A stretch of 57,753 nucleotides of DNA, from positions 1-57,753 of the forward strand of contig CAITNV010000008.1 of assembly GCA_903893855.1 (NCBI GenBank), given 5' to 3'. The DNA is from Candidatus Tayloriibacteriota bacterium (lineage in GTDB: Bacteria; Patescibacteriota; Minisyncoccia; Phycocordibacterales; PALSA-1337). The position numbers were made by a program, and so were the translations under genes. Positions 1-9,879 of this stretch are shown one piece after another; within the stretch, counting starts at the first letter, position 1, and each line of letters opens with the position of its first letter. Below the pieces are notes generated by a model, which saw only the letters and a program-made list of their open reading frames with translations, was not told where the DNA came from and ran no database searches.

Positions 1-5
1 ACGAA

Positions 6-815
6 GTGGACCTACCGAATTGGAAAAAAGCCACACTCACAGCCGACAATACGAAAATCCCCTGTCTGCCCACAGGATTAACATCGGGAACAATCACGAA
101 CGGTTTTGCCATTACAAGTTCCCTCATTTCCTCTCGATACTTTCTTGACACTCCGCACATTAACTTCAACCCCTGCTGCAGCACAATCTCTCGTGCCAAT
201 TTCTCAAAAGCCCCTTCCATTGCAGTATCGAGAAATTCACTCGCAGCAATATTCAAAGCCCGAAAAGTAAACGCCAAAATCACCGTCACGAAGAAGAAAA
301 CCAAAACCTATCAAATCCTCGTCGGCAATAGAAAAAACCCAAAGGCTATATTGTTTTCACACTTCGATTCAATAGGCACCGGAGCCGTTGACAATGCCAC
401 GGGCACAGCCTTAATGCTTGATAAAATAATCAAAGAACCGACAACTCTCAAGAATAATTTATTCGTCTTTGATGGTAATGAAGAATTATCGTATGATTTT
501 CCAACCTACTGGGGCAAAGGCTATAGGAATTTCGAGCAAAAATATGCGCGGCAATTACGCGCCGCAAACAAAATCGTCGTGGTTGATTGTATCGGCTATG
601 CACCGACCGAGATTTATTCAGCAAAAAACGCTGCATCAATAATCAATCTCGCTTTCCCAATTAAAAACATCGCAGACCTTGCGACAAAAACATACCTCGT
701 AACCTCAGATTACGATTCACTTATGAATGTTTACCACTCAGACAAAGATAATGGCCGTAATATCAAAGAGCTGTTCCTACGACAAGCGTATGAACGACTC
801 AATGATTTCCTTTAA
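6..815 (+). CDS. M28-family metallopeptidase (aminopeptidase-like). The frame is open to the left window edge, so the true start is uncertain.
   Basis: [17 protein letters not shown] and DGNEE match the zinc-ligand blocks of peptidase family M28 (H-x-D, GA-x-DN-x-SG, EE). The start at 6 is a GTG. Confidence 0.6.
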   Translation: MDLPNWKKATLTADNTKIPCLPTGLTSGTITNGFAITSSLISSRYFLDTPHINFNPCCSTISRANFSKAPSIAVSRNSLAAIFKARKVNAKITVTKKKTKTYQILVGNRKNPKAILFSHFDSIGTGAVDNATGTALMLDKIIKEPTTLKNNLFVFDGNEELSYDFPTYWGKGYRNFEQKYARQLRAANKIVVVDCIGYAPTEIYSAKNAASIINLAFPIKNIADLATKTYLVTSDYDSLMNVYHSDKDNGRNIKELFLRQAYERLNDFL

Positions 816-2026
816 TAATTTCTCAGGCGATTGATCTTATCGTGCTGGCGGATCTTATCATGAGCTTTCGCTTCGATCTGGCGAATTCGCTCGCGAGTGA
901 CGGCGAATTCTTTACCGACCTCTTCAAGGGTATGCGTTACACCATCGAGAAGTCCAGCGCGCATTTCGAGAATCTTTCGTTCCTTTGGCGAAAGGTCGTC
1001 GAGGATTTCTTTAATTTGATCTGAGAGAATTCTTCGTGACGATTCCTGATCTGGTGAAAGAATCTTATCATCAGAGATGAAGTCACCGAGAGTTGATTTA
1101 CCATCATCGTTATCATCACCGACCGGACTTTCGAGTGACACCACATCTTGGTCAATCTTCTCGATATTATAAACCTTATCCACATCAAGTCCCATCTCAG
1201 TTGCAATCTCCTCTGGTAATGGATCACGGCCGAGGTCTTGGGTAAGACGTCGCACTACTTGCTTGTACTTGGCAATTGTCTCCACCATATGCACCGGAAC
1301 ACGAATGGTTCGTGATTGATCGGCGAGTGCTCGAGTAATAGCCTGACGAATCCACCATGTTGCGTAGGTTGAGAATTTGAAACCCTTTGACCAGTCGAAT
1401 TTATCGACAGCTTTAAAGAGACCTAGATTACCCTCTTGAATGAGATCGAGAAGTGTAAGATCCGGTGAGCGACCGACGTATTTCTTAGCGATCGACACTA
1501 CGAGTCGGAGGTTCGCACGAGCGAGAAGATTCTTGGCTTCTTTATCCCCTGCGGCAATTCGCTTCGCCAAATCCTTCTCAGTTCCACCAGAGATAAGTGG
1601 ATACTGTCCAATCTCTTTCAAATACATCTGGATAGAATCGTATGAAGAATCGCCACGTGAAGATCCATAGCTGTACTTCTTCGCAGGAGCATGTTCAGGT
1701 TCCACTTCGAGAAGTCCTCCACCTTCAAGCACGTCAATACCTGCACCCGAGAGCTTGGTATAGAGATCATCAAGATTACTAATGTCCTGTTCGATATCAG
1801 GAAATTCTTTCAAAATCTCATCGAACGTAACGAAACCGCGCTCACGACCCTTAACAAGGAGTCGATTGGCTTTGGTTTGGAATTCTTTTGCAGCACCAGT
1901 GACTACTTTGCCAGTTTTTTTGGCAGCCTTTGGAGACTTGGCAGTTTTAGCCTTTGGAGCTTTAGCTTTTGTTTTGGTTTTTGTTTTCACAGTTATTTTA
2001 TTTTTTTTAATTTTCTTAGTAGGCAT
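812..2026 (-). CDS. rpoD: RNA polymerase primary sigma-70 factor with a Lys/Ala-rich N-terminal tail
   Basis: Region 2 [27 protein letters not shown]. Region 4 [21 protein letters not shown]. Region 1.2 [12 protein letters not shown]. Confidence 0.95.
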   Translation of the reverse strand: MPTKKIKKNKITVKTKTKTKAKAPKAKTAKSPKAAKKTGKVVTGAAKEFQTKANRLLVKGRERGFVTFDEILKEFPDIEQDISNLDDLYTKLSGAGIDVLEGGGLLEVEPEHAPAKKYSYGSSRGDSSYDSIQMYLKEIGQYPLISGGTEKDLAKRIAAGDKEAKNLLARANLRLVVSIAKKYVGRSPDLTLLDLIQEGNLGLFKAVDKFDWSKGFKFSTYATWWIRQAITRALADQSRTIRVPVHMVETIAKYKQVVRRLTQDLGRDPLPEEIATEMGLDVDKVYNIEKIDQDVVSLESPVGDDNDDGKSTLGDFISDDKILSPDQESSRRILSDQIKEILDDLSPKERKILEMRAGLLDGVTHTLEEVGKEFAVTRERIRQIEAKAHDKIRQHDKINRLRNY

Positions 2027-2063
2027 GTCATTTATTATTAGTTAATAAATATATAAATAGCCT

Positions 2064-4055
2064 TTAACCTCTTCGTTGCTTGACGATATCGGCTATGCGA
2101 ACAGAATATTTTTGACACTGGGCAAGTAATTCTTGCGCTTTATGTCCCTCTTTTTTTCGCTCAAGATCAGAAAGTTGCGCCATTGCGACCGCAAAATCTT
2201 TCCGTAATATATCTTCTTCGAAATTAAGAAGTAATTCGTCGAGTTGTTTTTTGATACGCGTTTGCATGTCTGCATCCTGCGCACCGGAGCCGAAAAATAG
2301 CTCGGCTTCTCCAATAAGTTCGTCTTTCGACGATTCTACTTGCTGTATTAAATTGTTGTACCTCTCCTCACCGGCAATCTTCCTAACGGCAGCAGTATAG
2401 CTGTCAACGTCGAGGGTGATTAAAGAATCCGTGTGGCCCTTCTCTTGGGCAATGTATGCGAGAAGCCCAAATAATTTCCTTGTAATAATATCAAGGTGGG
2501 ACCTCTCTGCATTGGGCAAGATTGTACCATTTGTTGAGTTGGTTTGTCCAGCGTTGCCATCGTTCTTAGCGTCGCCTCTTGGGTCTGTTTTAACGTGTTG
2601 TTTTGAAAGATATTCTCTTTGCGCAACTGCAATATCCTCCCAAATCACCGCTTCATTCTCGGCGTTTCCAAGTGCTCGTTCGCGCACCATTTTTACATAT
2701 TGAGCTTGAGCGCTTCGACTCGCAAGCATAGCAATAAATGGGTAGACTTTAACCTTCAAAAGTGCCGGAACTTTCCTCTGATCGAGCTTATTATCCGCAA
2801 CCTCCGCCATCACACGATCAAGTTGGAATTCTACAACGGGTTTCGCATGACGAAGCGCATCCTTCCAAGACTCGGGGTTCGCAAGAACCATATCAGCTGG
2901 ATCAGCTCCTTCTGGAAGGTCAGCAATCTTCACATCCATTCCAAGAGAAAGGGCAATCTCAGCGGATCGCATAGCAGCCTTTCGTCCTGCTGAGTCAGAA
3001 TCGAAAGCGAGGATAAGATTGTCGGACAAACGTCTCACGATACCCAGATTATTCACCACGCCCTCTTTCGACAAAGTATCTGCAAGAGCGGTACCAGAAA
3101 CTGCCACAGTATTTTTAATCCCCGCTTGATGCGAAAGAACGAGGTCCATTTGTCCTTCCACGAATATCGTATAGCCACGCTCGCGAATGGCTTGCTTGGC
3201 TTTGTCGATACCATAGAGCACCGTGGACTTATTGTAGAGAGGTGTATCTGGGCTGTTTAAATACTTTGCAGCGACAATTGTCGAGGCACTGCTTGATCCG
3301 TTCGCACCGTTTGCCCCATCAGACTTCTTATCATGTAAAATCCTCCCCGAGAAAGCGATGACTCGTCCCGAAGAATCAGATATTGGGAACATTACCCTGT
3401 CACGGAAACGATCGTAGAGCGAAGCCTGAGTCTTACCTTCTGCTGCTTCTGGCCTTTTGGCGAGCCCTGCTTTCTCTATCTCTGCATCGCTATATCCTTT
3501 AGCCTTCAAATGTGTGTACAATAACCGCCACTCCTCTGGTACAAATCCAATACGAAATTCTTTCACTGTAACATCAGTGATGCCACGTTTCGCTACATAT
3601 TCTCGAGCTTCGCGAGACGCAACGCTGTATATAGAATGATCAGATATTCGAGGCACTTGCCCCGCCAAATTCTCTTCAAAAAAGACCGTAGCCTCCTCCA
3701 TGATCGCATACATACGTTCTTTCTCAGTTTTAACCTTCGCATAGTCCGCTTCACGAAAGCCTTCGCGATTCTTTGAAATATCCACTCCCGCGCGCTCAGC
3801 AAGAAGCTTAAGCGCACCCATAAAGTCCAATCCTTCGAACTGTTCGACGAAAGAGAAAATATCGCCTTTCGCTCCACAACCAAAACAAAAATACCCTCCC
3901 CGCTCCGGAGACACGTAGAAGCTCGGCGTCTTCTCATTGTGAAATGGGCAGCGTGCTTTCAAGCTCTTTCCTGAACGCTCGAGCTTAACATATGAGCCAA
4001 TAACGTCTTCGATAGGAAGTCGTTCTTTGATCTGTTCAACGGGTGTATTCGGCAT
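2064..4055 (-). CDS. dnaG: DNA primase
   Basis: Zinc-ribbon CPFHNEKTPSFYVSPERGGYFCFGCGAKGD, and Toprim block VEGQMDLV ... AFDSDSAGRKA. Start moved to the ATG at 4055 (MPNTPVEQIK), because the longer ORF overlaps the upstream pilin gene. Confidence 0.92.
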   Translation of the reverse strand: MPNTPVEQIKERLPIEDVIGSYVKLERSGKSLKARCPFHNEKTPSFYVSPERGGYFCFGCGAKGDIFSFVEQFEGLDFMGALKLLAERAGVDISKNREGFREADYAKVKTEKERMYAIMEEATVFFEENLAGQVPRISDHSIYSVASREAREYVAKRGITDVTVKEFRIGFVPEEWRLLYTHLKAKGYSDAEIEKAGLAKRPEAAEGKTQASLYDRFRDRVMFPISDSSGRVIAFSGRILHDKKSDGANGANGSSSASTIVAAKYLNSPDTPLYNKSTVLYGIDKAKQAIRERGYTIFVEGQMDLVLSHQAGIKNTVAVSGTALADTLSKEGVVNNLGIVRRLSDNLILAFDSDSAGRKAAMRSAEIALSLGMDVKIADLPEGADPADMVLANPESWKDALRHAKPVVEFQLDRVMAEVADNKLDQRKVPALLKVKVYPFIAMLASRSAQAQYVKMVRERALGNAENEAVIWEDIAVAQREYLSKQHVKTDPRGDAKNDGNAGQTNSTNGTILPNAERSHLDIITRKLFGLLAYIAQEKGHTDSLITLDVDSYTAAVRKIAGEERYNNLIQQVESSKDELIGEAELFFGSGAQDADMQTRIKKQLDELLLNFEEDILRKDFAVAMAQLSDLERKKEGHKAQELLAQCQKYSVRIADIVKQRRG

Positions 4056-4089
4056 TAAACCTAGTATAACAGATTCGCTAAATAAAGTA

Positions 4090-4920
4090 TTAAATGGGCT
4101 CGGTATACACCCGCATCGTATCAATAGAACCAAGAATATTGTCCCCATGACAGTCTCCGCCTACACAGAATGCATATAGGGCTGAACCCAAATGCTCTGG
4201 CAGGACATATTCACTCGAGCTCGCTACTTCATGACCATTAATATAAATCCCTACCGTGCCCGTCTCCTGACCTTGTGGAATATTCCACGATACCGCAACA
4301 TGCGTCCACACGCCGAGGTAAATATGCGGATCGATGTCGGTCTGGAGCTGCTTGCCATAACCACCTCCATTCCAGTCGAGTTCAATAAATTTACCTGTTG
4401 TGCCCGTATCGAGAACGCAGAACTGCGCATAGGTATCGAGCTCGCCATTATTACAAAATATTCCACTTCCTGATGGAACCTTAAGGTTAAGCCAAAAAGA
4501 AATGCTCCCCTTATGTGGGTCGAAGGTAGTAAGCGTCGTGCTGGCTGGAACATCAACCGTTCCACCCTTAAGCGTGATGGCTGAATTCCCTTGTCGAGCA
4601 TCCGTCGTAGACGCCCACAAAACTGTTGGATCATTAGCTAAAGCAATTGTACTTCTATTATCCGAACCATCACGAGTCGCCTTACCCATACCTTCATCAA
4701 AATTCCACAAAGCAACCGCTTGATATCCAAAGTTATGATACAAACTCGCTTCAAAAAGCTCCGCTCCTGCATTGACCGCCTTTTGCCTAACGCTCGAAAA
4801 GGTCACCGATACTATCGTCGTCAAAATTCCAATTATTGCCATGGCAACAAGAAGCTCGATGAGGCTGAAGCCTTTTTGCCCTGCATTTTTAAAATATTTT
4901 TTCTGCATTTTACTTTTCAT
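4090..4920 (-). CDS. Type IV pilin/pseudopilin-like protein: prepilin N-terminal methylation motif plus a LamG (concanavalin-A-like) domain
   Basis: KGFSLIELLVAMAIIGILTTIV is a class III signal/N-methylation motif. The C-terminus has a LamG-like pattern (WTHVAVSW ... IYINGHEV ... IDTMRVY). Confidence 0.8.
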   Translation of the reverse strand: MKSKMQKKYFKNAGQKGFSLIELLVAMAIIGILTTIVSVTFSSVRQKAVNAGAELFEASLYHNFGYQAVALWNFDEGMGKATRDGSDNRSTIALANDPTVLWASTTDARQGNSAITLKGGTVDVPASTTLTTFDPHKGSISFWLNLKVPSGSGIFCNNGELDTYAQFCVLDTGTTGKFIELDWNGGGYGKQLQTDIDPHIYLGVWTHVAVSWNIPQGQETGTVGIYINGHEVASSSEYVLPEHLGSALYAFCVGGDCHGDNILGSIDTMRVYTEPI

Positions 4921-5037
4921 ATTTGTTTAGTCATTGTAAACATGCACCGCATATGCGCACAAGAAAAAATGCATAAAAAACTTATATGGATTTTATGCAT
5001 TATTTAATATATTTTTATTTTAATATGCTTACATATA

Positions 5038-5073
5038 TAAAAAGAAGCAGCGTATGAATAAATTCATACGCTG
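5038..5073 (-). terminator. Rho-independent terminator downstream of the 220-aa orphan
   Basis: Perfect 12-bp inverted repeat cagcgtatgaat / attcatacgctg (5048-5073), followed on the minus strand by a U-rich run (cttcttttta). Confidence 0.6.
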
Positions 5074-5122
5074 TGAACCAACACTCAAGATTCTATAGAC
5101 AAAACGCGAACCATGCCAAGAA

Positions 5123-5785
5123 TCAAGGAGTCAACGGCTGAGCAACCTTCTTTCTGACGATCAAAAAAGAATTACTCTTGTGCCATTTCTTGACCCACGG
5201 ATGGAGGTCGACGCATCGCAAACCATGACGTGCGTCGAGGCAGGGTACATACTGGGTTCTATCAATAACTCCGACACTCCCCAACGATACAATCGGATTT
5301 CTTCGTTGATCATCGGGGTGGTATTTCCCGTACGTCAACAAGTGCTCTATCCCAGCCAGTTGCCACGGTCCACCTGTATTGAAGTCTACTAGACTAGACG
5401 AAACTTCTTCCGAAAAAACGTCTTCAGCAAACTGAATTACCCTAAACTCCCATTCATCCGTAGTCACGGAGCTAAACGGAAAATTTTTTTGATTGATCCT
5501 CCGGTCGAATATGCCCAACATGCAACCGTCAATCATGTCAGAGCAAGACAAGGAACCGTCTACAATATGCGTCACAATCGCACAGACAGTTCGACCAACT
5601 TTCGTCACCCAACAAGCATCCTTTCGGAGAAATGCTTTGAGCATCTTCCACCAAACATCCCCATCCTGGGAACTAAGTTTGGCGAACAGATCCCTGAGGA
5701 TACCGATGGTTGGTTTTGCGTCCGCACCAACAATCTGGTCGAGTGACTCGAGCAGATTTGCCAACATTCCGAGCATGATTTTCAT
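5123..5785 (-). CDS. Hypothetical protein (220 aa), orphan
   Basis: ATG start with AAAGGAA 9 nt upstream, TGA stop, and its own promoter and terminator. I recognise no family motif. Confidence 0.6.
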   Translation of the reverse strand: MKIMLGMLANLLESLDQIVGADAKPTIGILRDLFAKLSSQDGDVWWKMLKAFLRKDACWVTKVGRTVCAIVTHIVDGSLSCSDMIDGCMLGIFDRRINQKNFPFSSVTTDEWEFRVIQFAEDVFSEEVSSSLVDFNTGGPWQLAGIEHLLTYGKYHPDDQRRNPIVSLGSVGVIDRTQYVPCLDARHGLRCVDLHPWVKKWHKSNSFLIVRKKVAQPLTP

Positions 5786-5860
5786 GGTCAGATTTCCTTT
5801 CGTTGCCGACTAATTAAAGTCAGCGTGGTTTATTGCACCGAAGCTAGAGGGCTACCTTAT

Positions 5861-5910
5861 CGCCATAGCTTAGAAAATGCCCACATTTGAGCAGCTTTTA
5901 AGCTATGGCG
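5861..5910 (-). promoter_or_regulatory. 12-bp-stem inverted repeat inside the predicted 5' leader of the 220-aa orphan
   Basis: cgccatagctta (5861-5872) pairs perfectly with taagctatggcg (5899-5910), leaving a 26-nt loop. It lies between the predicted promoter and the start codon. Confidence 0.4.
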
Positions 5911-5952
5911 ACGTTCGTAATTAATTGGAAAAGAGCCGGAGTAATTTGTATC

Positions 5953-5980
5953 ATTATATCATATTATACACATATGTCAA
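5953..5980 (-). promoter_or_regulatory. Near-consensus sigma-70 promoter with an extended -10, reading toward the 220-aa orphan
   Basis: The minus strand reads TTGACA (5980-5975), a 16-nt spacer ending in TGA, then TATAAT (5958-5953). Confidence 0.45.
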
Positions 5981-5984
5981 CAAC

Positions 5985-6012
5985 AAAAAACCGCCCTATT
6001 GAGCGGTTTTTT
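5985..6012 (-). terminator. Rho-independent terminator after rpoC (symmetric, potentially bidirectional)
   Basis: aaaaaaccgc (5985-5994) and gcggtttttt (6003-6012) flank an 8-nt loop, 39 nt downstream of the rpoC stop. Confidence 0.7.
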
Positions 6013-6050
6013 GTTGCGATTTCGCAAGCTTTAGATTAGGAATGCTAATC

Positions 6051-9000
6051 TTATCGATCCATCCCATCAAACTCTTCCGCCTGTGGCTTGACCTTCTCGA
6101 TCATATTCCACTTAGGGCTACCCTTGAAACCGGTACCTGCAGGAATAAGTCGTCCGATGATGACATTTTCCATAAGGCCGACCAAGTTGTCTTGGCTACC
6201 TCGAACTGCATTGTTGATAAGAATACGAGTAGTATGCTGGAAGGACGCTGCTGCAAGGAAGCTCTTACGTGAGAGTGACACTTCAGTGATACCCATGGCG
6301 ATAGCTTCTACCTTAGCCTCTGCACCACCTGCCTTTACCGCTGCTTCATTCTCTTCAACGAGATTGCTTTCGCTTACAACTTCACCCTTTGAAAGGCTTG
6401 TTGTACCGCCGTCAACCACTTCGTATCGTGAGAACATTTGCTTTACGATAATCTCGATGTGCTTTCGGGCTACCGTCTCTCCCTGAAGTTCGTAAATCTT
6501 TCCTACTTCAGTAATAACGTATTCCTTTGCCTTCTCCTTTCCACCATACTTGAAGACTTCTTCAATATCAGCAGAACCATCAGTAATGAGATCTCCCTTC
6601 TTTACAATGTCACCAACTTTAACAAGTGGCATACGCTTGTAATGGAAGACGAATTCAATCTCATGTGAAGCACCTTTACCAAGCCCTGCTTCACCCATCG
6701 TAGTTGAATCCGCTCGTTCTAGATCTGCGCTCGCAATAGCTGCAGCCTTCTTGCTAACACGCTTTGCCTTTGGCTTCTCATATGCTTCAGCAAGCATTTT
6801 GATAACCTTCTCCTTTCCAAGATCTCGAACTTCGGTAACAACACCATCGTGTGTTGCAATAACCGCTGGATTCTTTGGACGTCGCTTCTCGAAGACTTCT
6901 TCAACTCGAGGAAGACCTTGTGTAATGTCTCCGCCAACCGAAGCGGCACCTCCAGAGTGGAATGTTCGCATCGTAAGCTGTGTTCCCGGTTCACCGATAG
7001 CCTGTGCTGCCACAGTTCCAACTGCTTCACCGAGTTCTACAAGAGCATTCTTACCTAGGTCGCTACCGTAACATGCTGCACATACACCTCGTACGCTTTC
7101 ACACGCAAGTGGTGAACGAACTGCAATCTCAGTAACACCCGCTTCTTCAATAGAAAGCGCTTCTGCCTTTGTAAGGAGATGTCCTCTCTTAAAGAGCACT
7201 TCGCCCTTAGCGTTGACCACATCAGCTGCGAGGATTCGACCACGAATATTCTTAGAAATTGGAATCTGCATATCAGATGACAATTGCTTCTTAATCGTGA
7301 TTGAAGACTTCGTACCGCAATCATCTTCAACAACCATAACATCCTGCGCTACAACGAAGAGTTTTCGTGTTAGATAACCAGCCTTTGCTGTGTTAAGCGC
7401 TGTGTCAGTAAGACCCTTTCGAGAACCGTGAGTTGTAATGAAGTATTCAATCGGTGTAAGACCCTCTTTAGAACATGAAAGAATTGGGAACTCAATTGTC
7501 TCACCAGATGTTGATGAAATAAGTCCTTTCATACCGGCCATAGCAGTAATCTGTGCGAGGGATCCTCGAGCTCCAGATGTAATCAAGTCGTATACAGATC
7601 CCATTTTATTAAGAGATTCTGGAATGATCTTCTCCACTTCGCTTTTCGCTCGGTGCCAGATCTCAACATTCTTTCGAAGTCGCTCTTCTTCAGTAAGGAG
7701 ACCTTCATTGAACTGTCCCATGACAAGCTCTGATTCAGCCTTCGACTTTGTAACAATAGCAGCTTTACCCTTTGGAATTACGATGTCATCAATACCCCAT
7801 GTAGTTCCAGAAACAGTTGTGTATTTGAAACCGAATTGTTTGATACGATCAAGAATCGGCTGAAGCTTATCAATACCTTCAAGTGTGATGATATCGTCAA
7901 TAATAGCTCCCAAACGATTTCGGTTAATTTCTTTGTTGATAAATGGATAGTTTGCAGGAAGCACATCGTTAAATAGGATACGTCCGACGGTTGTCTCGAA
8001 CAATTTACCCTCAAACTGGCTGTACTTTGCTGTGTATTTACCATCATCGTCATTGGCATGTGGAGGAAGTACTTTAATCTTCGCTCGAAGACCAATAGCA
8101 CCGTAGCTGTTCGCAGTAATAGCTGCAGTAGGATTTTCAAAAATCTTACCTTCGCCTACATCGCCAACAACATTCTTTGTAATCCAGAAACATCCAAGCA
8201 CGATATCAAGAAGCTTTGCGACCACAGTAGGATCTCCGTTTCCAGGCTTGAGAATGTTCTTATCAGAAGCCATGATTTCTCGCGCTTCTGTCTGAGCTTC
8301 AACTCCAAGTGGAACGTGAACAGCCATCTGGTCACCGTCGAAGTCGGCATTGAACGCTGTACATACGAGGGGGTGAACCTGAATAGCATTACCTTCAATA
8401 AGAGTTGGTCGGAAAGCCTGAATACCAAGTCGGTGAAGTGTAGGAGCGCGGTTTAGGAGCACGTATTTATCCTTAATAACTTCTTCGAGAATACTCCAAA
8501 CTTCTGGAGCTCCATCGTCGATAAGTCGGCCTGCTCCACGAATGTTATATGCAAGCTCTCTTTTCAAAAGACCAGAAATAACGAAAGGTCGGAAAAGCTC
8601 AAGTGCCATATGCTTTGGAAGACCGCACTGATGAAGGGCTAGTTCAGGACCTACGACGATAACTGATCGTCCAGAATAGTCTACTCGCTTACCGAGGAGA
8701 TTCTGTCGGAAGAGACCTCGCTTAGACTTCAAGTTATCAGAAAGTGACTTAAGTGCACGCTTCTGAGCCTGAGCTGCTGCAGCACCTGTAGCTGCACCAT
8801 GGCGAATGCTATTGTCGATAAGAGCGTCAACAGCTTCCTGAAGAATTCTTTTTTCGTTTCGTAGAATTACGTCTGGAGCATTAATCTCGCGAAGTTTCAA
8901 GAGACGATTGTTACGATTAATAACTCGTCGGTAAAGATCGTTAACGTCTGATGTTGCGTATCGTCCTCCTTCAAGAGCAACCATCGGTCGAAGCGCTGGA

Positions 9001-9851
9001 GGAATAACTGGAATTCGTGTAAGGAACATCCATTCAGGACGTACACCTGATTTGATCATTGACTTAATGAGTGAAAGTCTTTTGTCGAGCTTCTCGCTAT
9101 CAAGAGCGCTTGATTTCTCAAGTGCTTTCTCAAGCTTCTCTGCAAGCTTTTTCAAATCAGTCTTTTTCAAAACTTCATAGACAGCCTCAGCTCCGATTGA
9201 CGCTTCAAAAAGCGAACCGTATTTCATGCTGTACTTATGGTATGCCACTTCATCCATAACAAGTCCTTCTTCAAGACTTTCGATCTCCTGACGAGCTGCA
9301 GTAACGAGGCCTTTAAGAGCTTCTTTAGTCTTCTCATCGTTAGCACTTTTAACCTTGCTTTTGAATTCGCTATCGAGTTGCTTTAGAATCTTCTCTTTCT
9401 CTTCTTCAAATACCTTTGTAACAAGATATCCAGCGAAATAGACAACCTTCTCAAGGTCTCCTGTTGTCATACCCATAATAAGACCTACACGTGAAGGCAT
9501 AGAACGGAGGAACCAGATGTGAGATACAGGAACTGCAAGTTCAATATGACCCATGCGTTCTCGGCGTACGATTGAGCGAGTGATTTCAACTCCGCACTTC
9601 TCACAAATAATACCCTTATATCGAATACCTCGATATTTACCGCAATAACACTCAAAGTCACGATCTGGACCGAAGATTTTCTCATCGAAAAGACCGCTCT
9701 TCTCTGAACGCTGAGTACGATAGTTAATAGTCTCTGGCTTTGTGATCTCACCGAATGACCAATCGAGAATTCTCTCAGGTGATGCGACGTTTAGAGTAAT
9801 AGCATCAAAGTCCTGTGGATCCATCATTTTTCTAGCTTGTGAATTATTCAT
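6051..9851 (-). CDS. rpoC: DNA-directed RNA polymerase subunit beta'
   Basis: Catalytic NADFDGDQMAVHVPL and zinc-binding CYCGKYRGIRYKGIICEKCGVE. Length is 1266 aa. Confidence 0.97.
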   Translation of the reverse strand: MNNSQARKMMDPQDFDAITLNVASPERILDWSFGEITKPETINYRTQRSEKSGLFDEKIFGPDRDFECYCGKYRGIRYKGIICEKCGVEITRSIVRRERMGHIELAVPVSHIWFLRSMPSRVGLIMGMTTGDLEKVVYFAGYLVTKVFEEEKEKILKQLDSEFKSKVKSANDEKTKEALKGLVTAARQEIESLEEGLVMDEVAYHKYSMKYGSLFEASIGAEAVYEVLKKTDLKKLAEKLEKALEKSSALDSEKLDKRLSLIKSMIKSGVRPEWMFLTRIPVIPPALRPMVALEGGRYATSDVNDLYRRVINRNNRLLKLREINAPDVILRNEKRILQEAVDALIDNSIRHGAATGAAAAQAQKRALKSLSDNLKSKRGLFRQNLLGKRVDYSGRSVIVVGPELALHQCGLPKHMALELFRPFVISGLLKRELAYNIRGAGRLIDDGAPEVWSILEEVIKDKYVLLNRAPTLHRLGIQAFRPTLIEGNAIQVHPLVCTAFNADFDGDQMAVHVPLGVEAQTEAREIMASDKNILKPGNGDPTVVAKLLDIVLGCFWITKNVVGDVGEGKIFENPTAAITANSYGAIGLRAKIKVLPPHANDDDGKYTAKYSQFEGKLFETTVGRILFNDVLPANYPFINKEINRNRLGAIIDDIITLEGIDKLQPILDRIKQFGFKYTTVSGTTWGIDDIVIPKGKAAIVTKSKAESELVMGQFNEGLLTEEERLRKNVEIWHRAKSEVEKIIPESLNKMGSVYDLITSGARGSLAQITAMAGMKGLISSTSGETIEFPILSCSKEGLTPIEYFITTHGSRKGLTDTALNTAKAGYLTRKLFVVAQDVMVVEDDCGTKSSITIKKQLSSDMQIPISKNIRGRILAADVVNAKGEVLFKRGHLLTKAEALSIEEAGVTEIAVRSPLACESVRGVCAACYGSDLGKNALVELGEAVGTVAAQAIGEPGTQLTMRTFHSGGAASVGGDITQGLPRVEEVFEKRRPKNPAVIATHDGVVTEVRDLGKEKVIKMLAEAYEKPKAKRVSKKAAAIASADLERADSTTMGEAGLGKGASHEIEFVFHYKRMPLVKVGDIVKKGDLITDGSADIEEVFKYGGKEKAKEYVITEVGKIYELQGETVARKHIEIIVKQMFSRYEVVDGGTTSLSKGEVVSESNLVEENEAAVKAGGAEAKVEAIAMGITEVSLSRKSFLAAASFQHTTRILINNAVRGSQDNLVGLMENVIIGRLIPAGTGFKGSPKWNMIEKVKPQAEEFDGMDR

Positions 9852-9879
9852 ATATTTTTATTATATTTGATGCTAATAA

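Noticed and set aside
4056-4148. N-terminal extension of the dnaG ORF (MGTIFLVLLIRCGC...)
   Set aside because: It overlaps the 3' end of the pilin gene and has no primase similarity. The ATG at 4055 gives the canonical primase N-terminus.
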